From positions 62,001 to 126,000 of the forward strand of contig JAVKOQ020000106.1 in NCBI GenBank assembly GCA_031835245.2: a stretch of 64,000 nt of DNA. Reading direction: 5' to 3'. Each line of letters begins with the position of its first letter. Position 1 is the first letter of the stretch. The DNA comes from Balamuthia mandrillaris (lineage: Eukaryota). The position numbers were made by a program, and so were the translations under genes. Below are positions 52,601-64,000 of the stretch, piece after piece. The notes beneath the pieces are model-generated. The model made no database searches. It saw only the letters and a program-made list of their open reading frames with translations, and had not been told where the DNA came from.

Positions 52601-54320
52601 CAAAGAGCGGCGTGGAGGAAGAGGCGCTCGCCTCTCCTCCCTCCCTCTCCGAAGACTTTCGGCGCCGTCGCTCCTCGCTCTCGTCCAGCTCGGCCTCCTC
52701 GTGTTCATAGTACTCGTCCTCCTCCTCGCTTTCGCTCTCCGCCTCTTCCCCCGCCACCTCTCTCCTCTTGCCCGCCTTCTTCTTGCTCTTCTTTTGCTGC
52801 TGCTTCTTCCGCTCTCGCTCGGCTTTCTTTCTTTTGCTCTTGCTTTTGCTCTTGCCGTGGCTGCTTTTGCTGCTCTTCGTGGAGTTGAAGGCGCTTCTCG
52901 TGGGCGAGGAAGAGGAGGAGTTGTTCGTTGTGGTGGAGCCTGTTCCGGTTCCGGTTCCTGTTCCTGTGCCTCCTCCTTCGCCGGACCATACCGGCAACGT
53001 CGAACAAGAAGAGGAGGTGGAGGAAGGAGCGCTGAACAGAATGAAAGAGGAGGAGGAGGAAGCGGAGGAGGAAGAAGAGGAAGACAAAGTTGGAGAGGAG
53101 GCGGAGGAGCCAGAAGAGGCACTGCGCCCTCTTCGTCGGCGAGGAAGCGGCCTTGGGCTTGCAGCTTTGTTGTGTTTCTTGCTCTTAGAAGAAGACTTGG
53201 GAGATGAGGAATGAGAAGACGAAGAGGAAGTAAAGCTGGATGGAGAGACGTAGGACACCTCTTGGACGATGGAAGCTGTTCCGATGTCGATCCTGCACCT
53301 CACTCTCTTGGCCGCTTGCGGTGAGGCGGCGTTCTTCTCGCCTCCTTTGTCCAACAGGCCTGCTTTGGAGTTGCGCCGAGGCCGCTGCTGAAGTTTGGTG
53401 GTTTGTACCTGCTCTTCTCTTCGCTTGGACGTCGTTGCTGTTGCTTTCATCACTTTGCTTTCCAGCTCTTCCAACAACGAATGGTTGACCTCATCCGTCC
53501 CTCCCCCCGAGCTGAGCAGCAGGATAGAGGCCTCGGAGAGGCCGGCCAGAGGGGAGGCCTCCAATGGGCTGTCCAGACTGGTTCCTCTTCTGGCCCTGGT
53601 CCTGGGGGTTTGTGGCCGCAACCCGCTTTTCTGCTCCGAAGCGGAGCGAGGAGAAGAGGCTCTCAGGAAACCTGGTTGCGAACCGGACAACGCTGAAGAG
53701 GAAGCAGAGGAGGAAGGAGAAGAGCTGTTGCTGTGGTCAAAGTTGAGGAGTTGGCGTAGAGAAGCGCTGGCTCGAAGGCGAGGACTGGAGGAAGAGGCGC
53801 TTCCCTTTAGGTTGGAGGGGTTCTCTTGTGGTTGGGGGCTTGTTTGGTCCTGTTGGGTCCTCCGAAAGAGGGCCAACGCGGTGGCTCTGCGGTGAAACCT
53901 TCTCACCTTTTGAGCAAAGGAACCCTCCGCACCGTTAATCGTTGTCATTGGGGAGGGTTTGAGAGAGAAGGCGGTCGGATTGTTGTTGGTGGAAGGAGGA
54001 GGTCCGGTGGAAGATTTCCTTGTCCGCAGTTTGGAACTTGAAGTCTTGGAAGGAGGAAGGGAAGGAACTGCAGTAGTTGTTGATGGCGTTGTGTTTGTTA
54101 ATGTTGCTGCGGGTGACGTTGAGGCGGTGTTCTGTTCCATTTCTGGTTCCTTTTTTACTTCTTCTACTTCTTTCTCTTCTTCTCCAGAACGAGGACTCAC
54201 ATCTTTGTTGTATTCCAGTTCGTTCAGGTCGTTTTGTTGGTCAGAAGATGGATGAGAAAGTAAACCTGCCTGCCTTTTTCCTTCTTCATTTGATGTTTGG
54301 TCTCTCTTCACTTCTTCCAT
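47495..54320 (-). CDS. Large Kelch-repeat plus tyrosine-kinase-like (TKL) protein kinase with long disordered termini
   Basis: Kelch units (ARYHHTA..IFGG, RCGHTA..IIGG, RCSHTA..VYGG, RLSNHAA..LIGG); kinase HGATGVV, VAVK, HRDLKSQN, DFG, WAAPE, DIYSFGIILWE. Confidence 0.88.
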
Positions 54321-54793
54321 TTTATTTCAACCTTGACCTTTGTTTTTTTATGCTTCTTTAGGCCGAAACAGAAGAAGAATAAAAACGCAAGGAGAACAGA
54401 ACGGGCTCAGTGCCCCATCCCAAACACAATGTGTTTTACAGATAGCAGAAGATGACCCCGTCCCTTGAGACCCAGCAAGGGAAAAAAAATAGGTTGTTAC
54501 AGCGTGACCCTACGCGTGCGGAAGGACTGCCTTCCCTAAAGCAGATGACCTCACCCGATTATACTATAGCGCTGTCCTTCGCCAAGAGACGTCCATTTGC
54601 CTTTTCTGGACCTGTTCGCTTGGAAATTATCCCAGACAAGTACTGTCTACCGTTGCATCAGCACATTTCGTTGGACATCCCTCCGCTGAGGTATTGTTGC
54701 TACCTATTCCCTCAATCCGAGAGACACTGGTCGAAACGTGGTCGAATTGAGCTCCATAGCTTCATTATAGCCCCAAACGAAAAGAAGAATAAG

Positions 54794-56941
54794 ATGCAAA
54801 AGACGGCGTGCAAGGAGGGCTCCGCTGCCGCTTCCGGCGGCCCTGCCCCTCTGCTGCAGCGCCATGATACGGCAACTCCCCAGAGCTCCTGGATGTCCCG
54901 AAGAATGACGCCAAGAGATAGCGAACGGCAAGAAAACGAGCATGAAGGGCAGAACAGCAAGGCCACAGCAACCACAACAACGGCAACAGCAACGGCAAGG
55001 AAGGAGTCCGTAACGGGAAGACGGCCGGGGCTTACTCTTGGCTCTCGCAGAAGGACAGCCAGTCGCGAAGAAGACCTTCCTGCTTCGTCGTCTTCTGTTA
55101 CTATCAAAGAAAATGCCAATGTAACGCCCTCCGTGCAAGAAACAGCAGAAAAGGAGGAAGCAGCGCCTGGTTCCACGCGGCGCCCCTCTTACTCGCGGAA
55201 CGAGGCCGACACCAGTGTGGAGGCCGGTGCGGAGGTTCGTGACGGCAAGCTCGCCAGCAACAACAATCGCAGCCAGACAACTGTGACTCAGCTTTCCGTT
55301 CGTCATGGCCCTTCACTTTCGCTAGGTTCGCTTCTCCTTTCTCTTACTTTCTTTTCTATTTTGTTTCTCTCCTTCCTTTTCCTTCTTCTCTGTGTTGTCG
55401 CGGTGGTGTGTGTACCTTTCTTTTGGACTTTTATATTGAAAAAATAATAATAATAAAAAGGAAGTGGAGGAACGGTGGCCGACCATCTCAAAACTCTCCT
55501 TAGGAAGGCATCGGAGGAGGGCGTTACCAAGCTTGATCTCTCCTCGCAAGGCATCACTCACCTCCCATCTGAAATCAAACTCCCCGCGTACTCTTTTTTT
55601 TTTCCATTTCTCTCCTCAGCTTCTCTGCTTCTCTCGTTCTCTCCCTCTCAAGTTCTCTCTTTCCTTGTTCTCTCCTTCTCTTCTCTCTTCCTTGTTATCT
55701 TTGCTCTTTTTCCGTTTCGTGTCTTTAACCGGGAACAACAAAATAGAGAAACATTGGAGGAACTAAACCTAGAAAGCAACTTCCTTCAATCCCTTCCCTA
55801 TGAGATAGGCTCCCTTCATAACTTGGACTCTCTATTTGTATGTGCATTCTTGAAGCGTCCTTCTCGGCTTCGTTTCTTCCTTCTTCTTCCTTCTTTTCCT
55901 TGCTAGCTTTCTTTCTTCTTCTAACGCATCAACAAACTTTGAAAAAAAAAAGCTACAAAACAACAGACTAACGGACCTTCCGCTGGAGACCGGCACTCTG
56001 ACCAACCTCACCCGCCTCTTCCTGGACTACAACAAACTGACCTCCCTCCCGATCGTCATCTGCCGCCTTCGCAACTTGGTCTGGCTCTCCCTCGAGCACA
56101 ACCAGCTCACCGGCCTTCCTTCCTCCCTCTTGGAGCTCCGCAAGCTGAGCTGGTTGTCCTTGGAGGGCAACCAGTTGAAGAGCTTGCCGGATGAGATAGG
56201 GCGGCTGACCTCCTTGGTCTTTCTTTCGGTCTATGACAACGAGGAGTTGAAGGAGTTGCCGCCTGGCCTGTTGTCATTGCCTAACTTGGTGGACTTTCGG
56301 TCCAACCAGCAGTTTGTGTTGCCTCAAACTGTGACACGAGCAGGACCTCCTTCTCTCGTTCTTTATCTTTCTGGTCTGGTTTCTTTTCTTTCTCTTTGTA
56401 ACAACCTCTTGCTCTCTCTTCTCTCAACTGACTTTCTCTTCAAACAAAGGGTTGGTCAGAGTGGGAGCGACATTGGATGCTACAGCATCGACTAGGCATT
56501 GGGTGCCTGATAGCGAGATGAGTGCCTGCCAGGCATGCGACATTCCTTTCACGAAGCTCACACGGCGGGTACCGTCCTTTCTTCTGTTGGCTATCCTTTC
56601 TCTCCTTCTCAATTGGCCCTTCCTCAACAACACATTAAAAGCACCATTGTCGACTGTGTGGGTTGATCTTTTGTCACAAGTGCGCAGCAGCCAGATGTAC
56701 GCTGCCTTTGATGGGCTTTGTGAAGGCGGAGCGGGTCTGTGTTGAATGTTTACCACTGCTGACGGCGTACGACTTAGTGTCGGAAGGAGCTGTTGTTTAC
56801 GGGTCTACAACCTATTCAGGTTCTTCCACTTCTTCGTCATCCTCCTTCGCAGCCATGCTCTTTTCTGCTCTGCCTTCCTCTTCTTCGTCATCTGCTTCCA
56901 CTTCGCTAAGATCGGAAAGTACTCCAAGAAATAAAACTTGA
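54794..56941 (+). CDS. LRR + FYVE zinc-finger protein
   Basis: Shoc2-like LRRs; FYVE WVPD...CQAC...RR/HHCRLCG..FC..C...RVCVEC spliced over an intron; start codon inferred. Confidence 0.85.
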
Positions 56942-57065
56942 ATTGCTTGAAAGCACAGCTACCGAGGGAAAGAAGTGAGAAGGGAGGGGAAGCGAGTGCA
57001 AGAGAAAAGGCTGTTGGGAAGCACGAGTGATTCGGTTTTTTTTATTTTCTCTCCTACGGATCCAT

Positions 57066-57757
<692 letters not shown>

Positions 57758-58093
57758 GTTGGTCGGTCGGGTGGCTCCTTGAGAAAAAAAAACTCGACTG
57801 CTGAGGAGAGCTTCTTGGAGACTAGGCTGAAAAAATGAATAGAGCGAAGGACGAAGGATACGAGAGAAAGAAAAAAAACTGGCGGAGTTTAATTCTCGAG
57901 CACTATTGGTTCGGAGATTTTTATTTTGTTGCAGCTTATCTGCAGCTCCTGATGTCAGTTGTCCGCACAAAATGTTCACAGTAAAAACAAAAAGGAGGAA
58001 TCTTCTTCGCTTCGAGGCTTCGAGAGAGAAAGCAACCTTTCTTTGATAGTTAAATACAACACAAGCGTAACCTCCCTTCCCTCCCGTTTTCTT

Positions 58094-60077
58094 TCAAAAC
58101 GAGTCCGTCTCTTCAGGTACGGCCCCATCCTTGTACGACCACTCTTTACGCCTTTTCCATCTCCCACAACACAAGTCATGTGCTCCCAACAATTCCACAG
58201 CCCAAGTCCACAACGGAGAGAGCCAGTAGGACGCGCCTCCCAACAACAAAACTCCAACAGCAGCCACACAGTAGAGCCAGTTCTCAGCCCACAGTGAGCC
58301 CACCTGGGCCAAAGATATGCAGGCAGGCAACAAAGGCAAAACTATTGCGCCAACCTTGCCAAAAGGCAGGGAGAAGGGCCTCTCCAGTTCAGGCCTCTTC
58401 ATGCGGATGCGAGGCAAGGAGGAGCAGAGGATGATGGCGTGTATGCAGTAGAGAAACGACTCGATCTGGACCAGCACCTCAAACTCGAAGAGAATGAGCA
58501 CACAGGTGGTCAAGCTGAAGAAGACCAGGGCCACGTAGGGTGTACGGTGCTCTGGGAAGGCACGGAAGATGGAGGGGGCGAAGCCCTCGTTGGCCATGGA
58601 ACGGAGTGCTGTGGAGGATGTGTGAAGGTAGGCTAAATACGTTCCTAGCGTGCTCCCCTGTTTTTATTCGTTTGTTTGAAATATCGGTTTTCGTAAGGGC
58701 AAGCAACTGAGAGAAGGAATGCAGAATCAAGGCAAAGAACAAACAACGTACCAGACCACCACCAACCATGAGCCAACCAGGCCAGTCTCCGTAGCCCAAC
58801 TCCTCTGCCAACTTTGGATAGGCGCCTTCCTTGATTTCGGAAATGGAGCTGGCAACACCGATGCTGGTAGACATTGGCATCAGGTAGGTAAGCAGCATCA
58901 GAATGACTGTACCAAACATGGCCATAGGGAACGTCCGCTTTGGATTCTTTACGTCGCCCGCGAGGAAACCAGAGTATTCAAAGCCACAAGTGGCCCATAC
59001 GAGTACACTGAGGTATAAGGCCAGATCCCATGGTTTTCCATCGTCTCTTGATGTGGCCAACAATCGCGAGAAATCAAACTGATGGGTTGAAGTGAGTCCA
59101 TTCGGTTGTTAGCCTCAGAAAGAAAATAAGAAAAAAATGAAACACGAAAGCGGAATAAAGCAAAAAGAGAAGAGAAAACGAAGAAGAGAGAAGAAACATA
59201 CACTATCACTAGAATACCCCAACACCACAAAGATGCCAAACGGCACAAGGGTGATCATGGTCAGAATGGAGGAGGAGTTGCCAACAGAAGCCGCTCCCAA
59301 CAGGTTCAACAGCAACGCAAACCCGATATAACCGATGCTGATGACATACTCCTCCCACCCCTCAAAGTCGGTGATGCTGCTGAGGTAGCTGATGAAGATG
59401 ACCGGGTAGAGGGCCTGGTCGATGACCACCACAACCACAAGGATGAACCCATCGATGAAGGAGAGGAAAGGTCCCCAGGCTTCCTTCGTCCAGAGCAAAA
59501 AGCCGTGCTCGGAGGGAAGACTACTGCCTAGCTCCGCCACTATGAACGCTATTGGCAAGCTCCAGAGCCAACTTTTTCGTTATCGTTTTAGAAGTGAGTT
59601 GAGAAGACGGAGAAGAGCGAAGAAAGAATGAAAGAACAGAGAAGAGAAAGGCTCAAGAGCAACTTACGGGACAATGATAAGTCCAAGCAAAGCAAAGAGC
59701 GGAGGAATGCTGCCGGCAAGGTTCTCCGTGCCATAGGCTCCCCCACAAACCAGAAAGTAGACCACAGCGATCAACGTAAATATGTTCAAGGCTTTGCCCT
59801 TGTCTTCCTCCTCACCCACGCCGGACTTGCTCCTGCTGCCTTGCTCCTCATCCAGGATGACCGCTTGGTAGGTACCAACCAGGCCTGAAGGAGGACTTCC
59901 TCCCGAGGAATAGTCGAGAGGACCTCTGCCACCAGCTCCAACGCCCACCTCGTCATCCAAAGATCTGACAACTCCGGAGCGAAGATGAGCCGACTCGTTT
60001 CTGTGTTCGGTGGCAGCGTCGACGTCATCTTCCACTACTTGATAGGACTTGCCTCGAAATCTTTTCCACAAAGACAT
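58094..60077 (-). CDS. APC-superfamily amino acid/polyamine transporter (plant PUT/LAT-like)
   Basis: YFLVCGGAYGTE, WSLPIAFIVAELGS, AGDVKNPKRTFP, RTPYVAL, PELERPF; many TM helices. Confidence 0.9.
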
Positions 60078-60494
60078 CTCTTTGTTTGTATCACCGCCCG
60101 TTTTGATCTGATGGTCGTTATAGCACTTATTATTTTTTGGTGTGAAAAAAAAAGCGAGGTTCGTGTTCTCTCACCTCACCACGTCTACTTCTTTCCTGCT
60201 ATTGCTTCACGTCCGCCATAAACTGAACAACTCTATTAAATAAAAAAAATGGGGTTTGGCTTGTTTCTGGGCTTACCCTTCTCTTTCTCTCTCTTCCTTC
60301 AAACCAATCAAACCCTCTCATTACATTCTTTATTTGAATTTGTGGTCGTTACATAATCTTAATATTTGACTATATAAGGGAATATCTTCTCAAAATTATT
60401 GCTTTTATATCTTAATTTGGATAAAAGTTGCTACAGTTCGTCAAATATTCACAATTATCGATGTAACGGCGAAAATTTTAAACAACAGAATAAT

Positions 60495-62257
60495 TTATGA
60501 AGAACTTTGGGAATGTTTGGCGGCAGTGGCCTGTTGCTGCAGGTTTAGCGCTTCCTGTTGTTGCTTCTTTGTGACTTTGTTGCCAGCCCAAGCTCCCACG
60601 CTCATCCCAGAGACCATGCACACGCCGAGTGCTGTCAAGCCTTGAGCTCCTATTGTTTTTGTCCCATGCCAAGCAAAGAAAAATGGGAGAACAAAAAGAG
60701 AGAAGGTGATGAGAGAAGAGGACTAACTGAAGAAGAAGAAGAAGAAGAAGAGGAGGGGGAGGAGGAGGAGGAGGAGGAAGAAGAAGAAGAAGAAGAAGAA
60801 GAAGAAGAGGAGGAGGAGGAGGAGGAGGAAGAAGAAGGGCACGAGTGATTCACCTGCAATAGCACCGACAGGTCCTCCAACCAAAGCTCCCACAGCAGCT
60901 CCTACCATTGGAAGGCTCAAGGTATAACGAGAGGAAGCCTATCACGGACAGGGAGTGAGAAACACAAGCACCAGATAAAGAAAACAAAACAAACAAACAA
61001 ACCTGAGCTAACTCGCTTACAGCAGACGCAGTTTCAGCCTCAACATGTAACGCTTGCTCCTCAATCTGATCAAAGTAAGGTTGTTGTTGCTGATTGTGGC
61101 AAAGAACGAGAAAAAAAAAGATAAGTAACAAATATAACATTATAAACAAACTAAATAACCATGAAACAAAGTTTCACACAATACAAAAAAGAACAGAACA
61201 CATTAGTACCTGTACAAGATCATTGAATTCACGAAACAGTCCCAAAAGTTGAGTGAGCTCCTCTTCCATAAGTTCTAACGATGCATCCACTTCTTCCTCC
61301 TCCTCTCCGTCATCGTTTGGTATTCCTTGAGACCTTGGTTTAGTCTCTTTCTGGCTTCTGCTTTGAACTTGGGCTTGGATTTGCTGACCTCCATGCTTGT
61401 CCTCATCATCAATCCAAAGCTCTCCTTCTACCACAACATCTACAGCTTCTCCTTTCTTGCGTGTTTTTTTCTCTCTTTTGCGGTGCCGAAGATCACGATG
61501 CAATTCTCCTTTTTCTTTTCCTTTAGCTTTGTAGTTGTGCTCTTCTAAGAGATTCTGTTTTTCTTCAACTTTGTGTTGTAACTGTTTTTGCTTTTCTTCT
61601 TCTCGTCGCGCTGTACTTTCTTCTCGTTGTGGTGGCACCGGGTCGTAGTTTTCCAGTAACGATTCTATGCAAGAAACAGATTAACACGAGCAAGACGCTG
61701 GAGGAGAACGACAGATGAACTACAAGAGGAATAAAGAAAGCAGCAAACCTTCCAGACAAACTGCTCCAAGGAGCCTCACAGACGGCATAGGAGAGGACTT
61801 TGTCTTCAAAGAGGAAGACGAAGAACGAGAAGAGTGTTGTTGAGGAAGGGAGGCCTCGAGCTTTTCATAGCGTTGCTTGAGCCTGTCAAAGTCGTTCCTC
61901 AGTTGGTTGAGCTTTCCGTGTTGTTGAGGCGAAGAAGAGGCACAAAAGGAGGCCGCAAGCTGCTCGCTCAACAAGGAACAGTAGCGTTTTGCCTTTTTTC
62001 TTTCGATTTGAAGTCTTGCCTCAAGCTTTCCGCTTTGTTCATCACCAAAATCAAAACTCTCTTTTTGTTGCAAAGAAATAACCTTTGTGATGGAAAGAAT
62101 CGAAACAAAAAAAAAGGTTTCGCTGTCAGTTGAAACAAAAAAAAAGAAGGATCCGTTTTCTTCCTACCTTTCGTATGTTACGAATAGCCTTATGGAAAGC
62201 AAGCAGCCGTTGATGCAGCTGCTGAATGGGCTCTTCTCTGCTTGGCTCTTCTTCCAT
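60495..62257 (-). CDS. Syntaxin-17-like Qa SNARE with Gly-rich double-TM hairpin and cytosolic tail
   Basis: SNARE motif (LELMEEELTQLLGLFREFNDLVQ/QQQPYFDQIEE...AVSELAQ), then LPMVGAAVGALVGGPVGAIA/GAQGLTALGVCMVSGMSVGAWAGNKVTKK. Confidence 0.7.
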
Positions 62258-62464
62258 CTTCGCTGCTACTCTTTTTTTATTTTTCTGAATTTTCCTTCCG
62301 TTTGTGCAGTTTCTGAGCACGTTTTGGGCTGGCCAGCAACACTTCTTCATGACGACATGATAATTATTCGAACCCTAATTTATAATATAACCCTAACCTT
62401 ATAATTTAACATGTGTGCTAAGGTTAAACCGTTCACGTTCCGCAAGGAAGCGCAACAAGCGATG

Positions 62465-63562
62465 TTAGCCCTCGATGGTATTGTACATGCCAACGTCTAT
62501 GATGAGGAGGTAGAGGGCAATGGTTTGCATGTCGTGGTAGGTGAAGCCCACGAATTGGCCGATGAAAGAGCCGTCGTGGCCTTTGCAATCTCCCGAGTTC
62601 TCCAGCTCTGCGATCGTGTTGCCGTTTACGTCTTTCACCTGAAGAATATAATAACAACAATAAGAAGAAGAACAAGAAGACAGAGCTAAACAAAAGCAAA
62701 CATACGTAAGCTCTGCCAGGGTCCAACTCGCCTATTTGCTTATCATCTTTGTCGTAGATAATATCTATTCGTCAACCAAAACAAAATAGAAAACGATGAG
62801 GAAGAAAGTTAGACATAGATGCTTATTGTTTGCTAGGTTTCAGTCCCGCCAAACCTTCGGTAATACAGCCCCAGTACGATTTATCTGGACCACCCACTTG
62901 ACCTTCGTCATTTACATAGCCTTTTAAATTCGTGAGTACCACGTTATGGCCTTTGCGTGTCAAAATGGCAGAACGACAAAAAAAATGCCTGGAAGAAGGA
63001 AGAAGGAAGAAGGAAGAAGGAAGAAGGGAGAAGGAAGAAGGAGGAAGGAAGAAGAAACGAAGAAAAAGAACAGAAGAAAAGAAAAGAAGCCGCTGAAAAG
63101 GAAAACCCACCAATAACGGTTCCATAGGCATCCTTGCAAGTGCCGTCTTTGGCAATGTAGGAACGAGGGTCACGACACCTGTCCAAAATGTTGAGCACCG
63201 CATCCGATGGAGGCCATGCAATTTTTTCTTTGCGAACTGTGGACGACCAAAAGAGGGAGAGATAAAAGAGAGAGAAAGAGAGAGTTAAAAAGAGTGGAAA
63301 AGACAAGAAAAAAGGGGCGTTACCAACCAGGTTGTTCGACGGGCACAGCTTTGGGGGCTTGGGCCTTGGGTTGCGGTTTTGGCTGGGTGGGAATGGGAAC
63401 GTTGTAGCGGTTGATGATGGGATCGGGCAGCGACGGCGACCAGTTGCCACGAAACTTGGGCGCTTCCTTCACCAACCACTTGCCTTGCATCTTTTTCTTC
63501 CCTTCGTAATAAGCACTTTCGTGGTCATGTGAAGCACATTTGCTGCAACAAAACTGCACCAT
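62465..63562 (-). CDS. Uncharacterised protein (multi-exon, Gly-rich beta-repeat-like C-terminal part)
   Basis: Exons join into MVQFCCSKC...DRCRDPRSYIAKDG...GYVNDEGQVGGPD...IGELDPGRAY/VKDVNGNTIAEL...GMYNTIEG*. Confidence 0.65.
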
Positions 63563-63770
63563 GCTCCCTATTGGAGCTCAAACACTGCTGAAAAACTTCA
63601 ACAAATGACCAGGAATTACGATGGAAGAATCTTTCCACGAAATTCCCAACGAACAAGCATAAACAGCCCCTCAAGCAAATATGAAAAATTGTTGAAGAAG
63701 AAAAAGAAAGGAGAAAGGAGAGAGAAGCACGCGCCCCACCGAGAGAGAAGGAGAAAGGGATTGCTTTGGG

Positions 63771-64000
63771 ATGGAGAGAACAAAGAGGCAGCCAAAGATC
63801 GAGATCCTGGAAATCAAGAATGACTCCATCGAGTTTGTGCTCTCGAAGACGGACACCAGCATGGCCAATGCCCTCCGAAGAACCATGATTGGGGAGGTGC
63901 CGACCATGGCCATCGACCTCGTTGAAATCGAGAGCAACACCTCTGTGCTCCATGACGAGTTCATCGCGCATCGCTTGGGCTTGATCCCACTCACCAGCAA
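63771..64000 (+). CDS. RPB3: RNA polymerase II subunit RPB3 (5' part; runs off the window)
   Basis: [14 protein letters not shown]...[48 protein letters not shown]. Confidence 0.95.
   Translation, partial: MERTKRQPKIEILEIKNDSIEFVLSKTDTSMANALRRTMIGEVPTMAIDLVEIESNTSVLHDEFIAHRLGLIPLTS

Noticed and set aside
62371..62398. Telomere-like AACCCTAA motifs
   Set aside because: Only two short separated copies; not a telomeric array, and a telo-box role cannot be supported.

Overview
Eukaryotic, gene-dense, intron-rich genomic DNA; the six-frame ORF track is largely misleading because genes are split by GT-AG introns full of CT/CTT microsatellites. Gene content and intron style suggest a free-living amoebozoan such as Balamuthia or an Acanthamoeba relative (inference only). 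About 25 protein genes can be reconstructed by hand: Atg13, a type I surface protein, two IMP-type S26 peptidases, a CCR4/nocturnin-like EEP nuclease, RhoGAP, a Pol-beta-fold nucleotidyltransferase, ALDH, SERHL-like hydrolase, a tail-anchored coiled-coil protein, acid lipase, spastin, an ankyrin protein, OGFr-like, an arginine deiminase fusion, TauE, sulfotransferase-like, LRR-DSP-ZnF, a Kelch-TKL kinase, LRR-FYVE, RPL27A, an APC transporter, STX17-like and RPB3. The top finding is a pair of six-exon H2B-H2A fusion (histone doublet) genes at 23.5-26.6 kb, an architecture best known from amoeba-infecting giant viruses. Each copy carries a different frameshift as assembled, and both lie among fragments of the neighbouring lipase gene. 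Also notable are an accessory island at about 8.0-13.3 kb (intronless RhoGAP, microexon array, minisatellites, orphan exons) and an arginine deiminase fused to an apparently catalytically dead CtlX-like domain. No tRNA, rRNA, CRISPR or transposase was recognised.
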